From: a virus
DNA: 64,000 bases
IMG/VR virus record: IMGVR_UViG_3300038829_000269
Location: 522-64,521 of that record
Direction: 5' to 3' (one strand)
The notes below the pieces were generated by a model. The model worked only from the letters and a program-made list of their open reading frames with translations. It ran no database searches and had not been told where the DNA came from. The position numbers and the translations under genes were made by a program. Shown piece by piece: positions 16,829 through 25,900 of the stretch. Positions within the stretch are counted from its first letter, which is position 1, and each line of letters opens with the position of its first letter.

Positions 16829-16857
16829 AGGATAGCAGGTCGTCAGCAGGAGGTCAA
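16829..16857 (-). promoter_or_regulatory. putative sigma70 promoter pointing into the stem-loop
   Basis: - strand TTGACC-N17-TATCCT with extended TG. Confidence 0.45.
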
Positions 16858-17409
16858 GACCCCGTCCCGCAGCCAGCCGTGCCACTTGGGCGTGGCGATC
16901 GACGGGCTGACCGTGAGCTTGAGCACGGGCCCGGACCGCGACCAACAGCGGTGCTCAGGGCTCGGCGGGCACTGGCAGTTCCCGGCCTTGCCCTCGGTCA
17001 TCCACTCCTCGCCGGTCGGCAGCTTGATCACCCAGCCGTGGCCGTCCTGGCCCTTGTCCGGCCACCAGGTGGCGTCCCGGACCGCCCCGCCCGGCGCGTC
17101 CTCCCACGTCATGATCTCGCCGGTGTCCTGGCGCCGGTAGACGCCGTGGGCGAAGACCTGGCGGTTGTCCACCTCGGCGAACTCGTAGCCGCACTCGCAG
17201 CGCGCGGGCCAGCGCGGGTCCGCCGTGTCCACCTCGGGCGGCCGGGACCCGGTCCAGTCCTTGGTCGGGTCCTCTTCGGTCTCCGCGATCTGGCCGCTCA
17301 TCGCGTTGTGGTAACCGAGCCTGCCCGGGCATTTGGAATCGCCAGCGTAGCGCCGCAGGTAGTAACGCGCCTTCCTCAGGTCCTCAAGCATGAATAAGGG
17401 AGTGGACAT
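16843..17409 (-). CDS. DUF6527-like metal-binding protein
   Basis: GGAGGTG RBS; C..H, CECG, C.C....HRCW; C-terminal LTVSPSI...WHGWLRDG motif. Confidence 0.6.
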   Translation of the reverse strand: MSTPLFMLEDLRKARYYLRRYAGDSKCPGRLGYHNAMSGQIAETEEDPTKDWTGSRPPEVDTADPRWPARCECGYEFAEVDNRQVFAHGVYRRQDTGEIMTWEDAPGGAVRDATWWPDKGQDGHGWVIKLPTGEEWMTEGKAGNCQCPPSPEHRCWSRSGPVLKLTVSPSIATPKWHGWLRDGVLTSC

Positions 17410-17580
17410 ATTCACCTCCGTCAGTCAGTTTATGCGCGATCTCCGACGGAGAATCGCCGTAATCATTCAGGCCGTGAATATGGCCTATTCATTCATGAAT
17501 TTATTCACCAAATAAGATCAGTGCGCTGATCTTATTTGCCTGATTGCTGAATTTGGATTGCTCCGATTCAGCAATTCCCG
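17410..17580 (-). promoter_or_regulatory. AT-rich multi-hairpin leader (candidate cis-regulatory RNA)
   Basis: Stems 17416-22/17445-51 (covers the RBS), 17469-73/17482-86, 17509-21/17526-38 (13 bp perfect), 17543-52/17566-75; repeated ATTCA/TGAAT. Confidence 0.5.
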
Positions 17581-17585
17581 TGCAA

Positions 17586-18332
17586 TTAGCGCGCAATCGC
17601 GTCGACCGGCTCGACGTAGTGCTTCCAGATGCCCGCGAAGATGCCGAGGCTGATGTATTCCCGATACCAGACCTGCTTCAGGAGCCGGACGGTGAACGGA
17701 TCGAAGGTCGAGCCGCAGTTAAGGACCAGCGCGGGGATCGCGAGCCCGGAGTAAATCTTCTCCTCGTCGAGCAGCGGGCCAACCGGCCTGGGCTTGCGCC
17801 GCGTTCGCTTCGCCACCTCGCGGATCACGCTCTCCGCCAGGTCCTGGGCCTCGCCCACACCGTTGTGCCTGACCTCAAGGCCCTCGTCCGTCGCGTAGTT
17901 CGTCAGGTCGATGGCGATCAGGAGTTCGGCCCCGATGTGCTTGGCGAAGTTGATGCGGGCCTGGGCGTCGCGCTCCAGGCTCGTCTGCCCGTCGTTCCAG
18001 ATGCGCGGCGGCAGATGCTCACTGTTCTTGTCCTCGCGTAGCGACGGCCGCACGCGGCAGTAGCGAAGGTATTGCCCGGCGCTCTCGTGGAACAGTGGCT
18101 GCCGCGACTCGCCGACCTCCTGGGTCGAGCGGCGCAGGCAGCGGGTGGCGAACACGTCGGCGCCCACCACGCGCAGGATGTCGTAGGACGCGGCTGCGAC
18201 CTCCGACGTGATGATGTCGCCGGGGATTCCGGCCACCGGCTTCTTCTGGTAGCGCCATTCGCGGATGCGCTCGTCGTTGTAGAGCCCGCCCATCGGGTCG
18301 AGCAGAATTTTCTTGCCTTTGATGTTATCCAT
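17586..18332 (-). CDS. Amidase_3 (N-acetylmuramoyl-L-alanine amidase) fold, catalytic residues lost
   Basis: GKKILLDPMGG (cf. DPGHGG), GADVFATR, ARINFAK..GAELLIAIDL (cf. ISIHAN), PALVLNCG (cf. VLVECG). Confidence 0.7.
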   Translation of the reverse strand: MDNIKGKKILLDPMGGLYNDERIREWRYQKKPVAGIPGDIITSEVAAASYDILRVVGADVFATRCLRRSTQEVGESRQPLFHESAGQYLRYCRVRPSLREDKNSEHLPPRIWNDGQTSLERDAQARINFAKHIGAELLIAIDLTNYATDEGLEVRHNGVGEAQDLAESVIREVAKRTRRKPRPVGPLLDEEKIYSGLAIPALVLNCGSTFDPFTVRLLKQVWYREYISLGIFAGIWKHYVEPVDAIAR

Positions 18333-18347
18333 GAGGATTTTCGTCTC

Positions 18348-19070
18348 CTAGAAGTTGCTTCGCAGGTTGGTGCCCACGGCCCAACCGCCTTTCCATTCCT
18401 TGCCCCCGCTCACGCCGAACTCCATGTTGTTCATGTGCAGCCAGCGCGGCGTCACGTCGTCGATGTGCCTCGTGAACTCCGGTCCGACATAGAACATGTT
18501 CGCCTGGATCAGGCCTGAGTAGCGGCCCCAGTAGCCCCACTTCCAGTCGAGTTGCGGGCTGATTGGAACGCTGAGCTTCATCCCGTCGCGGACGTAGAGG
18601 TCCAGCTTGTGCCCGGGGCTGAACGCCAGGCCGTAGCCGAAGCGCGAGGTCAGACCCCAGTCGCGGAAGATCACCTCCGGCGGCTTGTTCAGTCCGTCGG
18701 ACACGGTCTTCAACTGGTCCTCGATCCGCTTGACCTCGTCCGGGGTCTTCGCGTTCTTCAGCTTCTCCAGGAGCGCCTGATATTGGGCGATCGCCTCGTT
18801 CCGCTCCTTGGTCAAGACCGTGACCTTGGCCTCGTCCGGGACGTAGCGGACGCGGACCTCGGTCTTGCCCTGGGCGTTCCTCACCATCTCGGTGAGCTTG
18901 CGATTCTCCAGGACGTATTGGGCGAGGACCCCGGGCGGCAGGCCCTTCTCCGCGATCTCGCGCTGCTCGCGGAGCGCGCGCTCCCCGTTGAACATGTGGG
19001 CGTAGAACGCGGCGGCGATCAGCGCGGCGGCCAACGCGATCCGCTCGATCTTCCTCAGCAGGTCATCCAT
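18348..19070 (-). CDS. spanin-like membrane protein (N-terminal TM, coiled coil, C-terminal amphipathic beta strands ending in Phe)
   Basis: Position after the holin; ALAAALIAAAFYA TM; ...GWAVGTNLRSNF end. Confidence 0.5.
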   Translation of the reverse strand: MDDLLRKIERIALAAALIAAAFYAHMFNGERALREQREIAEKGLPPGVLAQYVLENRKLTEMVRNAQGKTEVRVRYVPDEAKVTVLTKERNEAIAQYQALLEKLKNAKTPDEVKRIEDQLKTVSDGLNKPPEVIFRDWGLTSRFGYGLAFSPGHKLDLYVRDGMKLSVPISPQLDWKWGYWGRYSGLIQANMFYVGPEFTRHIDDVTPRWLHMNNMEFGVSGGKEWKGGWAVGTNLRSNF

Positions 19071-19416
19071 TGTCCGCCTCCGGTCCCATCTTGTCCCCGA
19101 CCTTGGGCACGGCGCCTGGCGCCGAGTAGGCCGGGAACTGGTTTGCCATCTTCTTCTCGGAGTTCGACGCGATGACGTAGCCGGTGAACGCGGTGCCCGC
19201 GAGCCCGGCCGTCGCGTAGATCACGGCCACGCCGCAGGTGTCCGCGTGGTAGAGCGTCATGTAGCAGGCGATCCAGGTGTAGAGCGCGAGGATGACGTAG
19301 CACCAGATCGAGCGCAGCGACTTGAGGTCGCGCACCAGGTTCTGGATGTAGTCTCCGCCCTCCTTGACGCACCAGGCGCGGGCGCTGGCCAGCCTCTGCC
19401 TCGTCTGCTCGCTCAT
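19063..19416 (-). CDS. putative holin (2 TM)
   Basis: 117 aa, two hydrophobic helices, directly after the endolysin. Confidence 0.65.
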   Translation of the reverse strand: MSEQTRQRLASARAWCVKEGGDYIQNLVRDLKSLRSIWCYVILALYTWIACYMTLYHADTCGVAVIYATAGLAGTAFTGYVIASNSEKKMANQFPAYSAPGAVPKVGDKMGPEADNG

Positions 19417-20078
19417 GCCAGCCTCTCGATCAGGGTGTAGACCTGTTCCCCGTCCTTCTCCACCATCCGCAGGACCTCGCCGCAGCGCGCCGGGTCCCGG
19501 TAAGGGCGGCCCAGGCTGACGTGAATCCAGATCGACTTGGAGTAGCCGCGATTGGCCTGCTCCACGATCAACTGGCCGAACTTGATCTCTCCGCGCTTCG
19601 CGGCGGCCAGCACCTTCTGGAACGCGGCCTCGATCGACTCCACGGTGTCGGGCCCGGCCGGTGACCAGTCACAGGCCTCGAACAACATGTGCTGGCTCTT
19701 GGTCGCGGCCTTGGCCGTCGCAGCGTTGAGGTCCGGGCACCGGTAGCCGCTGTGCACGTCGATCGCGCAGCCCATGATCGTCCTGATCTGCTCCATGAGC
19801 GCGGCAAGCTCCCGGGCCTTCTTCAACTGGGCGTCGGTCAGGAACCGGTTCTTGGACTGGAGCGCCGCGTTGTTCGTCTTCGTCAACTCGAAGAGCCCGA
19901 AATGCGGCGACAGGTCGACATCCGCCCTGGGCAGAGCCGGGTCCTGGGCCGTGGGCGCGGCGGGCATGGCGTGGCTCCCGACCACGGGGGTCTTCTGAGG
20001 GATGTATCCCTCTTCGGACTTCCCGGTCAGCAGCTTGAACACGTTCTTGCCCGTCTCGATCATCTTCCCGATGTCCAT
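19413..20078 (-). CDS. endolysin, peptidase M15 (Zn D-Ala-D-Ala peptidase-like)
   Basis: LSPHF.L.EL, SGYRCP.LN, SQHM..EACD, QLIVE, WIHVS. Confidence 0.9.
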   Translation of the reverse strand: MDIGKMIETGKNVFKLLTGKSEEGYIPQKTPVVGSHAMPAAPTAQDPALPRADVDLSPHFGLFELTKTNNAALQSKNRFLTDAQLKKARELAALMEQIRTIMGCAIDVHSGYRCPDLNAATAKAATKSQHMLFEACDWSPAGPDTVESIEAAFQKVLAAAKRGEIKFGQLIVEQANRGYSKSIWIHVSLGRPYRDPARCGEVLRMVEKDGEQVYTLIERLA

Positions 20079-20088
20079 GGCCCTCTCC

Positions 20089-22110
20089 TTACGGGTTCTG
20101 CGCGATGTTCGTGAACACAGTGATCGTCGTGGGCTCGCGCAGCGCGCCAGCCGTGCTCGTGTTGGCCCCGGCGAACAGGTCGGCGCCGGTCCCGGACGAG
20201 CCCCGAAGGACGTAGTCCGGCTGCCCGGCGGCCGATCCCTCGACGTGGTTCTGGGTGAAGGTGAAGCGCGCGCTGCCCCCGCTCGCCCCGATGAAGATCG
20301 GGGAGGACAGGGCCCAACTCGCGTCGAGCTTGAACGAGCAGCCGGTGACCACCACGTCGGTCGACGAGCTAAGGACGTTGATCACCCGAGCGCCGCCGTT
20401 GTTCGCGTAGAAGCGGCAGTGGACGATCGTCGGCGTCCCGCCGAGGACCAGGATGGCCTTCGACGAGTCGAACTTGCAGTCCTTGACCAGCGGGGTGACG
20501 GTTCCCCGGATGATCAGCGACTCGCCGTTGCTCCCGCCGATCGCCCAGCCCGCCGCGCCGCCGAACCGGCAGTTGATGAGCCTGGACGCGGTCCCGTTGA
20601 TGTCCAGGCCGTTGGCGAAGTCCACGTTGTCGAACACGGACGTGCCACCGCCGCTCGTGCTGAACTGAGAGCCGCAGTAGACGTTGGTCCAGAGCAGGGT
20701 GGTGTCCACCTTGCTCCCGGCCGCGCCCAGGCCCAGGACCTGGCAGTTGACCATCGTGTTGATCACGCCCGTGGTCAAGGTCATGACCGGGTCGCCGGTG
20801 ACGGGGAACGCCTTGAGCACGGCGTTCGTCCACGAGCAGTCGACAGCGGTCATCGCGCCGGACGAGACGATCAGCGAGCGGGTGCTGACGAACGAGCACT
20901 TGGTCATGGTCAGGATCGCGCCGTTCGCCACGCTCATCGCGTCGGTGGTCGCCGCCGTGAACTGGCAGTTGATCACGTCGACTACCGCAGAGGCTCCGAC
21001 TTCGAGCGACGCCACGGTGCTGGAGTTCTGGGCGTAGACCACGCAGTTGCGGATCGTGACCGTGCCGCCGAGCAGCGTGCTGATCCCGGAGAAGGCGTTG
21101 ACCGCGTTCTCCGCGTAGTAGAACGGGGCCAGGATCAGGTTCTCAAGCGTCGCGATGAAGTCTCCGGTCATGAACACGGTCGTCGAGTGCGATCCGCTGC
21201 CCGAGACGTAGTCCAGGGTCAGGTTCTTGATCGTGATGTGGTCGACGCCGATCCTCGCGGCCGAGAGGCCGGAGAACGACCCCTGGATCACGCACGACTC
21301 GGGGTCGACGCCCACCAGGCTGACGTAGGGGTCGTTGAACGCGAGCGGCGTGGTGATCGTGTAGATTCCGGGCATGACCAGGATCGTCCACCGATCGTTG
21401 ACCCCGGTCTGGCCGATGAGGCTGTTGATCGCGGCCACCGGGTCGTTGAAGTCTCCACCCACGGGCGATACGATCAGCGTGTTCGCGGGCTTGAACTGTG
21501 GGTTGAGCGCGGCGAGCGGGCGCACGTCCAGCACGTCCTCCGCGTTGATCGCCGGGTCCGACGCGCGGCGGGTGATCATCGCCAGCGGTAGGCCGACGTG
21601 GCCCACGGGCAGCGTTGGGACCGTGGTGCTCGTCGCGTTCTGGCTCACCGCGAAGTTGTAGCGGATGCGCTCGCGCAGCGCGCTCGGGCCGAGAACCGGG
21701 TCCTGGATGTCGGGGTCCATCGTCGCGTTCACCGTCTCCATGAAGATGTCCAGGTAGACGAGGTCAGTGCGGTTGGTCGTCGGCGTGGCGATCGCCATGT
21801 TGTAGACGAACTGGCCGAGGACCAGAGGGTGAAGAGTGTCCGGCAGGATCAGGCGCCTGCCCATGGAGTAGCCGCCGGAGCCTGAGGGGGTGACGTTCAC
21901 CGCGTTCGAGAGCCCGGAGCCCACGACCTTGAACGAGTCGCCGAAGAACCCGTCGATCAACAGGTTCTGGGCCAGAGCCTCGCGCTCGCGGTTCTGGTAG
22001 TCCTGAAACTCCACCATCTCGAAGTCGCCGGGGTGCGTGTTCTCCTGGAACAGCACCGTCTCGTAGCGCTTGCCTTCGACGAACGTCCTTCTGCTGAGGG
22101 TCATAGTCAT
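20089..22110 (-). CDS. tail spike/fibre with pectin-lyase-like parallel beta-helix
   Basis: Baseplate-anchor N-terminus (KRYETVLFQ...EFQ; RTDLVYLD); then GDF....AAI...ILVMPGIY and repeated I.NC.F beta-helix rungs. Confidence 0.8.
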   Translation of the reverse strand: MTMTLSRRTFVEGKRYETVLFQENTHPGDFEMVEFQDYQNREREALAQNLLIDGFFGDSFKVVGSGLSNAVNVTPSGSGGYSMGRRLILPDTLHPLVLGQFVYNMAIATPTTNRTDLVYLDIFMETVNATMDPDIQDPVLGPSALRERIRYNFAVSQNATSTTVPTLPVGHVGLPLAMITRRASDPAINAEDVLDVRPLAALNPQFKPANTLIVSPVGGDFNDPVAAINSLIGQTGVNDRWTILVMPGIYTITTPLAFNDPYVSLVGVDPESCVIQGSFSGLSAARIGVDHITIKNLTLDYVSGSGSHSTTVFMTGDFIATLENLILAPFYYAENAVNAFSGISTLLGGTVTIRNCVVYAQNSSTVASLEVGASAVVDVINCQFTAATTDAMSVANGAILTMTKCSFVSTRSLIVSSGAMTAVDCSWTNAVLKAFPVTGDPVMTLTTGVINTMVNCQVLGLGAAGSKVDTTLLWTNVYCGSQFSTSGGGTSVFDNVDFANGLDINGTASRLINCRFGGAAGWAIGGSNGESLIIRGTVTPLVKDCKFDSSKAILVLGGTPTIVHCRFYANNGGARVINVLSSSTDVVVTGCSFKLDASWALSSPIFIGASGGSARFTFTQNHVEGSAAGQPDYVLRGSSGTGADLFAGANTSTAGALREPTTITVFTNIAQNP

Positions 22111-22116
22111 GTCTCC

Positions 22117-22935
22117 TTAGAATCCGAGTGCCCAGCGGACGAAAATGCCCTGACCGGGAGTGATCGCCGTGCCCGGGATCAGTCGTCCCCAGGCCAGAAT
22201 GTCGTTTCCGTTGTCGCCCAGCACCGCGATCTCGCGGATCGTGTCGTTGACGCCGAGCGAGAACGGCGCGCGGACGAGGACCGACGGGTTGGGCTCCGTG
22301 CTGATGTCCAGCAGGTTCGGCTGCAAGAACTCCAGGGTCGTGATCCCGTTGATCGCCCGGTCGCCCAGGAAGTCGACGGTCACGTTCGTCGTCCGTCCGA
22401 GTTCGTCATACATGCGCGCCACGTTCATGAACGTCTTGACCGTGGTGTCGCACTCGACGTAGCCGATGTAGATGATATAGTCGGCGGGCGCCGCCGGGGG
22501 CACGGGGCTCCCCGTCGGGATGTTGAGCACGTCACCGATCCCGTAGATGCCCGAGGTCCCGGTGTGGACAAGGAACAGGTGGTTGAAGTGGTTCTGTTGG
22601 AGGATTTCGCTGCCCGTCGGGTTCGGGCCGAAGGCCAGAGCCAGGTCCACGTTCGGGTTCGCCTGCTGGATGAAGTAGAAGGAGTTGGGCACCCCGTTCG
22701 CAGTGAAGTTATAGACCGGGAAGTCGTTGTGCACCACGACCGGTCCGGTCCCGGCCATCGTCATCTCGAAGTTGTTTCCCACGCGGCTATTCGTGCCGAA
22801 CGGGGAATAGGCGCCGCCCACGCCGCGCCCGACGGCGACGTGGCTGATCCCGGACAGGGCGGTGCCCTTCATCAGCTTGGAGATCAGGCTTCTGCCCGCT
22901 CTCGTGATCTCGATCGTATTGGTCAATCCGGCCAT
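22117..22935 (-). CDS. baseplate/tail-collar fibre attachment protein
   Basis: ITRAGR.LI...ISHVAVG.G ... ELGR ... IREIAV pattern of tail-collar (P2 gpH N-terminal-like) proteins. Confidence 0.6.
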   Translation of the reverse strand: MAGLTNTIEITRAGRSLISKLMKGTALSGISHVAVGRGVGGAYSPFGTNSRVGNNFEMTMAGTGPVVVHNDFPVYNFTANGVPNSFYFIQQANPNVDLALAFGPNPTGSEILQQNHFNHLFLVHTGTSGIYGIGDVLNIPTGSPVPPAAPADYIIYIGYVECDTTVKTFMNVARMYDELGRTTNVTVDFLGDRAINGITTLEFLQPNLLDISTEPNPSVLVRAPFSLGVNDTIREIAVLGDNGNDILAWGRLIPGTAITPGQGIFVRWALGF

Positions 22936-22947
22936 GGTCTTCTTCTC

Positions 22948-25900
22948 CTAGAATCCGGCGTCGAACCGAATGAGGCGGAACTGGTTGTCGTTGGACAGAG
23001 CGTAGACGTATTTCATCCCGTCAAAGGCCAGGCCCCTGATCTTCTCGATCGAGGAGATGGTCTTGGACAGGGTCAGCGTCCCGGTCGTCGTGAAGATGCC
23101 GGGCGCGCTGAAGATGTAGATGCGGCTCTGGCTCTGGAACCCGCCGCTCAGCTTCTGGACGCTGGTGTGGGACCCGACCGCGACCGCGATCTTACGGTTG
23201 GCCATCAACTCCATGGACATGAAGTCGGTGGTCAAGTCGACGAGGTCTCCGTTCGTGTTGATCGGCGTGCCAGGAACGCGCCCGATGATATTGAACGACG
23301 GGTTCGTCGGGTTAAACTGCATGTCGATCAGGTAGATTTCCCCGCGCAGCGTGAGCGCGAAGAGCTTGGCCACTCCGTCCGACACGATGTCCACGACCCG
23401 GCCCGGTATGTCGATCAGCTTGTAGTAGCTGTTCTGCAACCGCTGGGCGCGGAACACGGTCGTCGCGTTGACTCCGGTCTGGACGCAGAACGCGCAGTCG
23501 CCGTTCAGGTTCTCCAGCCTCCGGGGCAGGATCGTGGAGATGGAGAACGGGGTGGCGACCGTCGTCTGGCCGCCGGTCGTCCCGCTGTTGTAGGCCGAGG
23601 ACAGGTTGATACCGGTGAGCGTCGACGACCAGGGGACCAGCCGGAGCGGGAAGTTACCGTTCATGTTCAAGATCGGCGTGAAGTTGACGAGCCCCCAGCC
23701 CGCGTAGTCGCCCGTCGCCCCGTCCAAGTATGGAGCGCTCTCGATGTCCGCGTAGTAGTCGATCTGCGCCTGGCCGAAGGTGAAGGCGCCGCCCCCGTAG
23801 GTGTAGAGGTCGTTCGACGTGTCTGGCACTGAGGTCACGACGCTGAGGTTCGTCGCGTCGACGAGCACCGCGTCCCCGGTCCCGGGCGTCGCGCCCGTGA
23901 AAACCACGAGCCGCGTCTGGTCCCCGGCGATCCCCGAGTAGGCGTTGGTCACCGGCGGGTTGGTGTTCGACGTGACAACCGGGTCACCGGCCAGATCGAA
24001 GCTGATCTTCGCGATGCCGCCCAGGCCCACGGCGAACACGTCGCGCTGCACGAACTTGTTGCGCGCGCCATGGATGCGGACCTGCTTGATGTTGCCGAGC
24101 GGAGTGTTCACGATGTCGCCAACGGTGATCGACTGGGGCTGAGACGTGGGCCCGAGTTCGATCGCCGACGTGTAGCGCGCGGAGTAGACGATTTCGTCCC
24201 CGACCGCGACCGGCGTGTCGCTGTAGAGGAAGCCGGAGAAGAACGGGAAGTTCTGCTGGAAGATAACGGTGGCCGGGGCCCCGTTCAGGCTCCGCAGAAG
24301 CTGGACCTTGTCCCCGGCCGCGCCGGACCCGATGGTCGTGGCCCAGGTCAGAGTCACGATGTTCCGCGTCGGCTGCTCAAGCTCGATGCGCGGAGCCTTG
24401 AACCTGGCAGTGAGCGTCCCGTAGCCGGAGAAGATGGACGAGGTCTGGGCGTTGAACGCCAAGATCGCGTAGGTGAAGATTTCACCGGCCGTGGACTCGA
24501 CCGTGTCGTCGTGGAACCTGGCCGCCGCGTCGTTGATCGTCGCGATCTGGAGCAGCGGGCTGGCCACGCCGCCGGGCATCGTGATCTGGCGGAAGACCTT
24601 GAACCCGGTGGCCAACGTGTTCGTGTCGGTCCACGCGATGTGGTTGACGCCCGCGACCGCGCGCGTCACGGTCACGGCCGTGGGCACGGACAGGGCGGCG
24701 ACCGTCGACACGGTCTCCGAGTAGTCGCCGAGGTTGGTCGGGACCGGGACCGTTCCGAAGATCGTGTATGCTTGCTTCACCTTGCGGACCCTGAAGCTGA
24801 CGATCGCTCCGGGCACGCCGCCCGCCGTCGACGCGACGAACGTGGGGCTCTGGCCGAAGGCCACGCGCGCGATCTCCGAGAACCCGCCGCCCGCAAACGA
24901 TCGCTCGATCGAGATATAGTCCTCGTTCGTCGACTGGGGAAGGGTGAAGGTCGTCCACTGGAGCGTTACTTGGTTTGGCGGGATCACTGCCGCAATCTGG
25001 AGGCTGACCGGTCCGTCGAGCGGGCTGCTCGTGACTCCGTAGGCGGAGAGCGGACCCGTCTCCTGGTTGTTGAAGTCCTGGACCTGATAGGCGTAGACCT
25101 GCCCCGGGATCGTCTGGAACTGGTCGACGTAGTTCCTCGCGTCCTTGGGCAGCGTCGCGATCTGGATGGGAGCCGCCCCGTTGATCGAGCGGAAGAGGTT
25201 GACACCCCGGTTGCCGCTGTTCAGACCGGTCCACGTCACGTTCACGACCCCGAACCTGATGAACGAGGGGGTGACGTTGATGGACGCGACGAGCGTCCTG
25301 TCGATGATCAGGCTGACGATCGTGGAGAACGCGCCGGTGACGAAGGCGTTGGACGCCCTGATCTTGTAGGCGACCGTGTCGCCTATCGACAGGGCCACGA
25401 GATCGTCGAACTGGCGGTCTCCGCCGCCGGGAGTTCCCACGATGGAGAACGCGCCGCCGTTGATCGAGCGCTGCACCTCGTAGGCCGTCGCGTGGGCGTT
25501 CGCGTCGGTCCAGAAGACGCGAACGCCCACGTCCGAAAGCTGGGTGAGAGCCGTGATCGCCGGGGTCAGGAGGCTGGTCGTGGCCAGGGCGGTCGCGGAC
25601 CAGGGGCCGGGGTGCAGCGCGTTGAACGCCGTCACCCGGTAGGCGTAGGTCTGTCCCGGGACCGTGGGGAACACGTCGTTGTAGCTCGTGGTGCCCGCCG
25701 CGAGCGTCGCGATCCTCTGGAACTGGCCGGTGGAGGTCACCGCGCGCTCGACGTAGACGCCCGCCTCGTTGAGCGGCGGGTTCGGGTCGGTCCACGCCAG
25801 ATTGATCTGCGTGTCGCCGAGCGCCGGGGTCGCGGTCAGGGCCGTCAACTGGAGTAGCGTGAAGTTCACGACGATGCTCTGGGTATTGGAGAACGGTCCG

